A DNA stretch of 35,754 nt from Bradyrhizobiaceae bacterium (lineage in GTDB: Bacteria; Pseudomonadota; Alphaproteobacteria; Rhizobiales; Xanthobacteraceae). The translations under genes and the position numbers were made by a program. This document shows, in pieces, positions 28,875 to 35,754 of the stretch. The stretch spans positions 1 to 35,754 of the forward strand of contig JBIQHO010000001.1 in NCBI GenBank assembly GCA_044508545.1, read 5' to 3'. Position 1 is the stretch's first letter. The number at the start of each line of letters is the position of its first letter. The notes beneath the pieces are model-generated. The model was given only the letters and a program-made list of their open reading frames with translations. It was not told where the DNA came from and made no database searches.

Positions 28875-29357
28875 TCAGTCGTGATCCATTTCGCCGATGT
28901 GCTTCTGCGAGTAGAGTTCGACACCGATCTTCTTGATGAGGTCGATCTGGGTTTCGAGGAAGTCGATATGGCTCTCCTCGTCCTTCATCAGGCTTTCGAA
29001 GATGTCGCGGGTGACATAGTCCTTCACGGCGTGGCAGTGGGTCGCCGCCTCCTCGTAGAGCGCGCGCGCCGAATATTCCGCCTTGAGATCGCAATCCATC
29101 ACCTCGCCGACATTCTGGCCGATGTGCAGGGGATCGAGCACCTGCATGTTCGGGAAGCCGTCAAGGAAGATGATGCGGTCGATCAGCTTGTCGGCGTGCT
29201 CCATCTCCTCGATGGATTCCGCGCGCCATTTCTTGGCAAGATCCTTGATACCCCAGTTGTCCAGCAAGCGGTAATGCAACCAGTACTGGTTGACCGCGGT
29301 CAGTTCGTGGCGGAGCGCCTTGTTCAGGTATTCAATAACTTTCGGTTCGCCCTTCAT
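28875..29357 (-). CDS. bfr: Bacterioferritin
   Basis: [21 protein letters not shown] (haem Met, ferroxidase Glu/His), DEESHID. Confidence 0.99.
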   Translation of the reverse strand: MKGEPKVIEYLNKALRHELTAVNQYWLHYRLLDNWGIKDLAKKWRAESIEEMEHADKLIDRIIFLDGFPNMQVLDPLHIGQNVGEVMDCDLKAEYSARALYEEAATHCHAVKDYVTRDIFESLMKDEESHIDFLETQIDLIKKIGVELYSQKHIGEMDHD

Positions 29358-29418
29358 GGAGCAACTCCTGTTCTATGTGCTTGACGCTGGCAGGCGGCCG
29401 TCGCACCCGCCAATCCAA

Positions 29419-29435
29419 TTTAGAATACTTCTAAA
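29419..29435. promoter_or_regulatory. Iron control element (Irr box) upstream of bfr
   Basis: TTTAGAA-TAC-TTCTAAA, perfect consensus. Confidence 0.92.
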
Positions 29436-29539
29436 CCGAATTTCGCAGCGCGGCAACCCCTGGATGAGGGACAGCTATCCGCAGGCAAAGCGAGGTGCAT
29501 AGGCCCCAGCGAACTGACGGGACGTTCCGGGGGTAATTC

Positions 29540-29797
29540 TCAGAGGGTAATTTCGTTCTGACTCTGCTCGACTTCTGTGTGCATCGCGGAATGGGGACAC
29601 CCTTCGCAACATTTCCGGGCGCAGGCGCCGAGCGCTTCCTTGATGATGGTTCTGATGGTTCGGGCACATCGACCGCATTCAGCACTGCATCCGAGGCATC
29701 CGTAGACCTGCTTGGGCGAGCGGCGCAGGTCGTCGGGCGCGGTGACGGCGGAGCGAACGTCGTGATCGGTCAACACGTTACAGGAACAAACGATCAT
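29540..29797 (-). CDS. bfd: Bacterioferritin-associated [2Fe-2S] ferredoxin
   Basis: MIVCSCNVL..CSAECGRCA; upstream of bfr. Confidence 0.93.
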   Translation of the reverse strand: MIVCSCNVLTDHDVRSAVTAPDDLRRSPKQVYGCLGCSAECGRCARTIRTIIKEALGACARKCCEGCPHSAMHTEVEQSQNEITL

Positions 29798-29877
29798 AAA
29801 CGGAACCCAATGGCGACACGAGGAACCGCGCCGATATTGTTGGACCGTGTCCGGAAACGCAAAGGGAAAACGGGCTA

Positions 29878-29894
29878 TTTGAAGCTATTCCAAA
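29878..29894. promoter_or_regulatory. Second Irr box upstream of bfd
   Basis: TTTGAAG-CTA-TTCCAAA, near consensus. Confidence 0.7.
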
Positions 29895-29992
29895 CTACCT
29901 GAAATCCGCGCGAGGCCGACCCTGCGGACGCCGGCCATCTGCCCGCTCGGCGTTGTCGTAACGTACTGAAATCCATTGTATAAACCTTAACG

Positions 29993-30018
29993 GGAACAAT
30001 CCCGATCGTGGCAGGATT
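29993..30018 (+). promoter_or_regulatory. Possible EcfG-type promoter
   Basis: GGAAC-N17-GATT, a relaxed match. Confidence 0.35.
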
Positions 30019-30131
30019 GAGCCATCGCGTTCATTGATCGTTCAAAGCGGGTGTGGAAATCTCTCGGCCGGCGGTTCACCCCGTCGCTGTCGATGGGCGC
30101 AAGAGGAAGACGCAAGAGAAAAGGTGAAGCC

Positions 30132-30449
30132 ATGAAGAAACAAATGATGGCATTGGCGGCGGTTGCCACGCTGGTCACAGCGTTGGCTGCGCCGCAAGCC
30201 GCCGAAGCTGGCGGCGGCCGGGTCGCGGCTGGCGTTATCGGCGGTCTGGCGGCCGGCGCCATTATCGGCGGCGCGCTGGCGGGCCCGGGCTATTATTACG
30301 GACCCGGCTATTACGGCCCGCGATACTATGGACCAGGCTACGGCTATTACGGTCCGGGTTATGTCGCGGCGCCCGGCTGCTACTGGCAGCGCCAGCGCTT
30401 CTGGGACGGCTTCGGCTGGCGGGTGCGGCGCGTCCGGGTATGCGGCTGA
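30132..30449 (+). CDS. Secreted glycine-zipper protein with GPGYY repeats (105 aa)
   Basis: Signal peptide AEA-G, GVIGGLAAGAIIGGALA, C-terminal CYWQRQRFWDGFGWRVRRVRVC. Confidence 0.88.
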   Translation: MKKQMMALAAVATLVTALAAPQAAEAGGGRVAAGVIGGLAAGAIIGGALAGPGYYYGPGYYGPRYYGPGYGYYGPGYVAAPGCYWQRQRFWDGFGWRVRRVRVCG

Positions 30450-30680
30450 TCCGGCGGCGGCCATAGCGAATCGGTTTTCCGGATTGTACTGTCAGTGCTC
30501 TCTGGACCGCTGGGCGGATGGCCTGAAAAAGCCGTTTTTTCAGCCAACTGACTTGCGAACGCCTGCGTCGGGTCGATGTCGGGCGCTTCCGGTCGAGACA
30601 GCCGGCTTCAGCGACCGCATCGCGCGTAGTGGACTCACAAACCGGCGCCCGTGGCGCATCCCTTCAGGAGAGATCCCAAG

Positions 30681-30959
30681 ATGAAAAAGACAGTTTTCGC
30701 CCTCCTCGCAGCCGCGACGCTGGCGTTTGGATCGATGGCGACGGCTCCGCAGGCGCATGCGGGCGGCGGCGATGTCGCCGCCGGTATCGCCGGAGGTTTG
30801 ATCGGCGGCGCCCTCATCGGCGGCGCGATTGCCAACAGCCGTCCGGCCTATGCCGCGCCGGCTCCGGTCTATGTTGAAGAGCCTCCCTGTCACATGGAGC
30901 GCGAGAGGTTCTGGGATGGATACGGCTGGCGTTTCCGCCGCATCCGGGTTTGCGACTGA
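30681..30959 (+). CDS. Secreted glycine-zipper protein, paralogue of 30132-30449 (92 aa)
   Basis: AGGAG RBS, signal peptide AHA-G, GIAGGLIGGALIGGAIA, CHMERERFWDGYGWRFRRIRVC. Confidence 0.88.
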   Translation: MKKTVFALLAAATLAFGSMATAPQAHAGGGDVAAGIAGGLIGGALIGGAIANSRPAYAAPAPVYVEEPPCHMERERFWDGYGWRFRRIRVCD

Positions 30960-30985
30960 TCCGGACTTTCTGACGATTCGATTTG

Positions 30986-31013
30986 AAGACCCGGTCTCAC
31001 GGCCGGGTTTTTC
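30986..31013 (+). terminator. Intrinsic terminator
   Basis: AAGACCCGGTC-TCAC-GGCCGGGTTTTTC. Confidence 0.8.
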
Positions 31014-31040
31014 GTTTGTCGATGACGTCCGGCGCCTGGT

Positions 31041-31118
31041 GTCTGGCGCGGTTCATCACGCGAACCGAAACCATCCTCGCGTCAGGCTTGAGGACATGCT
31101 TCGTTTGAAAACGCCATG
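31041..31118 (-). repeat. Family A repeat (long variant, first module only)
   Basis: Reverse complement GGCGTTTTCAAACGAAGCATGTCCTCAAGCCTGACGCGAGGATGGTTTCGGTTCGCGTGATGAACCGCG matches 4474-4545. Confidence 0.8.
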
Positions 31119-31120
31119 GA

Positions 31121-32374
31121 TCAGCGCGCGTCATTCATCGCGCGCAGCACCGCGCCGCTGGGCCAGCAATCCACTTTAAGGCCGGCCGACTTCTGGTAAG
31201 CGCCGAGGGCCGCGCGCGTCAGCATCCCGGCCTTGCCGTCGATCTTGTCCTTGTACAGGCCGATCCGCGTCAGATGGCGTTGCATCGCCTCGACATCGCG
31301 GCTGCGCAACTGCGTCGATGCCGACCACTGCGTCGCGAACGGCAGCGGACTGGTCATGCGGTCGGCGAGATGACCGACGAACAGCACATAGAGATCGGAG
31401 AAATTATATTCCTTGATCACGAAGTAGTTCTTCGTGGTCAGGAACGAGGGGCCGTAGATTCCTTCGGGTTGCAGCAGCGATGCGCCCTGCGCGCGCTCCG
31501 CCGCGGTCAGTTGTTGTCCGCGCACCGGCGAGAACCCCTCGCGCAGCCATTCGCCGATCGGCCTGGTCACCTCCGGCACGCCTGCCGTGCAATCCACGTT
31601 CGCCGGGGCACGCACCTCGTAGGCCCAGCGCACGCCCGGCTGCCAGCCCTTGTTGACCAGTTGCTGCGCGGCCGAGGCGAGCGCATCGGGCACCGAGGTC
31701 CAGATATCAACGCGGCCGTCGCCGTCGAAATCGACGCCGTGTTTGGCCAGCTCGGACGGCAGGAACTGGGTGAGGCCGGTGGCGCCACCCCACGATGCGC
31801 GGAAGTTCTTGCGCGAGACGTCGCCGTGCTGCAACAGCAAAAGTCCGTCGATGAACTCGGTGCGGTACTGGTCCTTGCGGCGGCCGACATAAGCCTGCGT
31901 CGCCAGCACGCGCACCGCGTCGTAAGGCAGCGCGTAGCGGCCGTAATCGGTTTCGCGGCCCCAGATCGCAAGGATGATCGGCGCGGGCACGCCGAACCGC
32001 TTTTCGATCGCATCGAGCGTTGCCCCGTATTTCCGCATCAGCCGCTGCCCCTCGGTCGCCAGCCGCGCGATGCTGCTCTCCTTGAGGTAGTCCGCCGGCA
32101 CCTGAACAAATTCCGCCTGCGACGGCGCGCCGGTCGCGGGCCGTCCGGGCAGGATCAGATCGGGCAGCTTGTAATCGGGTTCAAGCCCCGCGGTGACGGC
32201 ATCAAAAGTCGCGCGCGAGACGCCCGCCCGCTGCGCCTCGGGCCACAGCGAGGCGATGAACTGCGTGAAGCCGGCGTCGGCCGCTTGCGCCGGCGGCGTT
32301 CCGACACCGAGAGCGAGCGCGACCATGATCGCGATCGCAAGCCGCCGCAGGAAATTCCGGCGGGCGGCCGCCAC
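31121..32374 (-). CDS. MltB-family lytic murein transglycosylase with C-terminal peptidoglycan-binding domain
   Basis: AIWGRETDYG catalytic Glu, SWGGATGLTQFLPS, VDFDGDGRVDIW, IDGKAG..TRAAL..YQK. Start GTG 32374 (alternatives 32380, 32326). Confidence 0.93.
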   Translation of the reverse strand: MAAARRNFLRRLAIAIMVALALGVGTPPAQAADAGFTQFIASLWPEAQRAGVSRATFDAVTAGLEPDYKLPDLILPGRPATGAPSQAEFVQVPADYLKESSIARLATEGQRLMRKYGATLDAIEKRFGVPAPIILAIWGRETDYGRYALPYDAVRVLATQAYVGRRKDQYRTEFIDGLLLLQHGDVSRKNFRASWGGATGLTQFLPSELAKHGVDFDGDGRVDIWTSVPDALASAAQQLVNKGWQPGVRWAYEVRAPANVDCTAGVPEVTRPIGEWLREGFSPVRGQQLTAAERAQGASLLQPEGIYGPSFLTTKNYFVIKEYNFSDLYVLFVGHLADRMTSPLPFATQWSASTQLRSRDVEAMQRHLTRIGLYKDKIDGKAGMLTRAALGAYQKSAGLKVDCWPSGAVLRAMNDAR

Positions 32375-32376
32375 CC

Positions 32377-32964
32377 TCAATGCTCCGCCTGGCCGTGCGT
32401 TCCGTTCGGCCCGTTCGAGATGCGATCGGCGAACGCGATGCCGACCGCCGATATGATGAATACGAGATGGATGATGGTCTGCCACATCACGCCGCTTTCG
32501 GTGTAATTGGTGGGGCGCGCCGCGCTGCCGAGGTTTCCCGCCTCGATGAAGGTCCGCAGCAAATGAATCGACGAGATGCCGATGATCGCCATCGCCAGCT
32601 TGATCTTGAGAACGCTGGCGTTGACATGGCTGAGCCATTCCGGCTCGTCGGGATGGCCCTCGAGGTTGAGCCGCGACACGAATGTCTCGTAGCCGCCGAC
32701 AATGACCATCACCAGAAGATTCGAGATCATCACCACGTCGATGAGGCTCAGCACCACCAGCATGATCTGCTGCTCGGTGAAATCGAAGGAGTGCTCGATA
32801 AGATGCCACAACTCCTTCAGGAACAGGACGACATAGACGCCCTGGGCGATGATGAGGCCGATATAAAGCGGCAATTGCAGCCAGCGCGAGGAAAAGATCA
32901 GCATCGGCAGCGGGCGCAACGCGGCCGTCTTCACAGGGGGCGGAGTTTCAGGCGTCGGGGACAT
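32377..32964 (-). CDS. UPF0114/YqhA (TIGR00645) membrane protein
   Basis: SRWLQLPLYIGL, LIDVVMISNLLVMVIVGGYETFVS, LKIKLAMAIIGISSIHLL. Confidence 0.93.
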   Translation of the reverse strand: MSPTPETPPPVKTAALRPLPMLIFSSRWLQLPLYIGLIIAQGVYVVLFLKELWHLIEHSFDFTEQQIMLVVLSLIDVVMISNLLVMVIVGGYETFVSRLNLEGHPDEPEWLSHVNASVLKIKLAMAIIGISSIHLLRTFIEAGNLGSAARPTNYTESGVMWQTIIHLVFIISAVGIAFADRISNGPNGTHGQAEH

Positions 32965-33093
32965 CACGCGGTCTCGTTGTGGGGGAGAAGCCTTCTATTC
33001 CATTCGCCATGACGGAATCGAGAGGGGGCGCCGCGGCAAAATGCAGCGCAGCGCGTTCGCTTCGGAATCCTGCCATCGCGGGGATCCGCGGCC

Positions 33094-33864
33094 TCACTTG
33101 ATCGCGACCAGGAAGAAACGCGGAAAGCGCAGCAGCACCTTGCCGTCCGCCTGCAACGGATAGGCGGCGGCGATACGCGCGGTGTATTCGCGCAGGAACT
33201 CTTTTCTCTCGGCGGGCTCGAGCGGATCGAGGAAGGGCCGCAGTCCGGTGCCCTTCACCCATTCGACGATCGCCGCGGCCTCCGCAAGAACATGATTATA
33301 AATGGTATGCCAGATATCGATGCGTCGACACAGCGGCCGCAGCGCGTCGTAATAGCCGCCCGGCCGCAGCAGCCTGTCTTTCGCCCGCGCGGCGTTCGCA
33401 AGTGTTTCCCGCCACGGTCCCGAATGAGCCACCTCGCGCATCATCACATGGCTGGGTTCGTCGAGATTGTCCGGCATCTGCACCGCCAGCGCGCCGCCTG
33501 ACGGCAATGCGTCGAGCAAGCGCTGCAACTGGCGCAGATGATCCGGCACCCACTGGAAGATCGCATTGGCGAACAGCAGCTCGGTGTTCGCCGGCGGGAC
33601 CCAGTGCGCGACATTGGCTTCGATGAATGTCTGTTCCGGCAGCCGCTCGCGCGCCCGCCGCAACATATCGGCGGATGTATCGATGCCGATGATCTCGGCT
33701 CCCGGCCAGCGCTCGACCAGCAGTTCGGTGGAGTTGCCCGGGCCGCAGCCGATGTCGACGATTTTGCTCGGCGCGCTCAGTGGAACCTGCGCCAGCAGAT
33801 CGCGCGACGGCCGCGTCCGTTCGTCCTCGAACTTCAGATATTGCTCGGCACTCCAGTCGTCCAT
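33094..33864 (-). CDS. tam: Trans-aconitate 2-methyltransferase
   Basis: [52 protein letters not shown]; GGAGAGAGG RBS. Confidence 0.96.
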   Translation of the reverse strand: MDDWSAEQYLKFEDERTRPSRDLLAQVPLSAPSKIVDIGCGPGNSTELLVERWPGAEIIGIDTSADMLRRARERLPEQTFIEANVAHWVPPANTELLFANAIFQWVPDHLRQLQRLLDALPSGGALAVQMPDNLDEPSHVMMREVAHSGPWRETLANAARAKDRLLRPGGYYDALRPLCRRIDIWHTIYNHVLAEAAAIVEWVKGTGLRPFLDPLEPAERKEFLREYTARIAAAYPLQADGKVLLRFPRFFLVAIK

Positions 33865-33940
33865 CGCCTCTCTCCGAACCCCTTTCACACCAACAAGCCG
33901 GACCCGGCAAGTCAACACCGATCGCGGCGGGAAGCGGACG

Positions 33941-35754
33941 TCATGAAGGTCCGGCGCGATCCGCCTTTCGCTCACCCCGCCCTGACTTCCGCTCGGTCCC
34001 CCGCCCGGAAACGGCCGGCCGGGATGTTGCTCGCGGCCTGGCTCCGTTGTCCTGCACGGCAGTCTGCTCGACCAGCGACAGACAATAGGCGGCGGCTTCC
34101 CCCAGATTGTCCGCGACCGCGTCGGCGTTGAGGTGATCGCGGGTCATCGCGCTGTTGGTCCGCCCCCAGCAGCAGACAAGAATGCGCGCCTGCGGCATCT
34201 TGCGCCGCAGCCTGCGAACCAGATGGCGGGTGTGGGCGGTGCTCCCGTCCTCCAGGGTCGACACGCACACCAGCCTCACGCCGGAGCCGTCAAGCCGGAA
34301 TATTCCACTTGTCGAGGTCTCCTCCTTCCTCGCAGCCCGCGCTTCGAGACCGTGCTTCGACAGGATCTGGGCGAGACACATTGCGGCCGCCTCGTCGAGA
34401 GCGCTGCGCTCGGCGACACACAGCACCGGACATTCGGACTGCCAGTCCGGCGGAAGGCCCTCGCGGATGATAAACGGAAGTTGGGGCATCGGCGCATCGG
34501 CCGTCCCTTCGGCCGGGTCGGCCGCTTCCGCGTCCTTCGTCCGGCCTGCCGCCGGAACGTCGTCGAACTCGGAAGACAGATCGTCGACCACCTCGGCAAC
34601 GCTATCCTTGATTTCGGCCAGACGATCCGGCAGCAGCCGGCCGCGCCTGAGGTCAGCCTGCGCCAACATCAACCCCTTCAGCGCAACGGTCTCGTAGTAT
34701 TCGGCGAGCGAGCCCTTTTTCAGAAACTCTTCCGCCGTATCGACGGCCTCCGCCGGATCGTTGGCCAGCATTCTCTGATAGAACAGTTCCGGCGGGGATA
34801 ACGCCGGACGATCGCCGAGAAGGATATCGAGAAACCTGAGGTGCTCGACGTGGCGACCCAGCACGACCAGGCACACCGTCAACGGAGTTGCCAGGACAAG
34901 GCCGATCGGTCCCCACAGCGCGGTCCAGAACGTCGCCGAGGCGACGACGGCGACGGGCGACAATCCGCTGCTGTGCCCGACGAGCAAAGGTTCGAACACC
35001 TGTCCGATCATGAGCTCCGTCAGGAAAATGAGCGCGGCCGCCCATAGCAGCATCGACCAGCCGGGATCGACCGCCACCGACAGCGTCAGGGGAAAGAACG
35101 CCGCGATGAAGACGCCGACATAGGGCACGAACCGCATGATCGCGGCCAGGATTCCCCAGAGGATGGCGCTCGGAACGCCGATCACCAGAAGGCCGAGGCC
35201 AACCAGCACGCCGAAGCTGGTGTTGAGCGCCACCTGCATCAGAAAGAAACGGCTGAGGCGACCGGCCGCGTCATCGATCGCCGCGGTCGCGGACTGCAGA
35301 TCGTTGGAGCCCGCCAGCTTGATGACGCGATTACGCAGATCCTCCCGCTGAAACAGGATGAAGACCACGAACACGATCACCACGCCCACCGTCGCCAGCG
35401 GATGCAGCAGGGGACTGATGAGCCCAAGGATGCTATCGAGAGCGGACGGCGGCGGAGAACGCACCTCGACCGGGATGGGCTTGGCCTCGCCGGGCGTTTG
35501 AGGCAACGTCGAGGGCGCTGTCGACGATGTCTGCGGTACGTTGATTTCCTTGCCGAGCGTCTGGAGGATATCCGCCGCGCGATCCAGTGGCCCGGTCGCC
35601 GTCAGCGCCCGCAGCGACTGGATTTTCTGCTGCATGGTCTGCTGGTAGAGGGGCAGCCTTTCGGCCAGGTGCCTGACCTCGTTCGCGATCAGGCTGCCGA
35701 GCGCGAAGATCGCGATAAAAGCGACCACGACCACCACCGGCACGCTGGCGGCGC
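33941..35754 (-). CDS. AI-2E family transporter with extended cytoplasmic C-terminal domains (5'-truncated by window edge)
   Basis: [44 protein letters not shown]; frame is open to the window end. Confidence 0.92.
   Translation of the reverse strand, partial: AASVPVVVVVAFIAIFALGSLIANEVRHLAERLPLYQQTMQQKIQSLRALTATGPLDRAADILQTLGKEINVPQTSSTAPSTLPQTPGEAKPIPVEVRSPPPSALDSILGLISPLLHPLATVGVVIVFVVFILFQREDLRNRVIKLAGSNDLQSATAAIDDAAGRLSRFFLMQVALNTSFGVLVGLGLLVIGVPSAILWGILAAIMRFVPYVGVFIAAFFPLTLSVAVDPGWSMLLWAAALIFLTELMIGQVFEPLLVGHSSGLSPVAVVASATFWTALWGPIGLVLATPLTVCLVVLGRHVEHLRFLDILLGDRPALSPPELFYQRMLANDPAEAVDTAEEFLKKGSLAEYYETVALKGLMLAQADLRRGRLLPDRLAEIKDSVAEVVDDLSSEFDDVPAAGRTKDAEAADPAEGTADAPMPQLPFIIREGLPPDWQSECPVLCVAERSALDEAAAMCLAQILSKHGLEARAARKEETSTSGIFRLDGSGVRLVCVSTLEDGSTAHTRHLVRRLRRKMPQARILVCCWGRTNSAMTRDHLNADAVADNLGEAAAYCLSLVEQTAVQDNGARPRATSRPAVSGRGTERKSGRGERKADRAGPS

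Noticed and set aside
32381-32809. 5' part of the 562-aa ORF 31121-32809
   Set aside because: It overlaps the UPF0114 gene in another frame; the transglycosylase signal peptide begins at about 32374
33022-33052. RegR-like GCGGC-AAAAT-GCAGC upstream of the UPF0114 gene
   Set aside because: Right half deviates from GNCGC, and such GC-rich matches are common by chance

Overview
GC-rich alphaproteobacterial chromosomal window. Gene content and repeat families point to Nitrobacteraceae (Bradyrhizobium/Nitrobacter/Rhodopseudomonas group); this is an inference. It is mostly core genome: the 3' part of carB, greA, doxX, the lrp <> trxB-vtlR/lsrB block, an orphan ParA, RNase P RNA, a TPP-riboswitch thiO-thiS-thiG-thiE-orf-thiC operon followed closely by mug and a TMEM175-family gene, ptrB, a collagen-like protein, Irr-box-flanked bfd-bfr, two lytic transglycosylases, tam and a partial AI-2E transporter. 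I see no transposase, prophage, tRNA, rRNA or CRISPR array, and no unambiguous novel multi-gene system. The most interesting signals are in intergenic DNA and small ORFs. (1) Several GGAAC-N16/17-(C/G)GTT general-stress (sigma EcfG-type) promoters, two of them in front of unannotated 27-aa and 56-aa membrane micro-proteins. (2) A self-complementary bidirectional EcfG-type promoter shared by the thiamine operon and a putative GT-C membrane protein. (3) Modular palindromic MITE-like repeats whose halves occur in all four combinations and whose ends coincide with TAG stop codons. (4) An orphan ParA with a GANTC-dense promoter. (5) A signal-less collagen-like protein with a polybasic tail. (6) A stand-alone FlbD-like HTH behind a CtrA-like box. 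All calls were made by eye, with no searches run.
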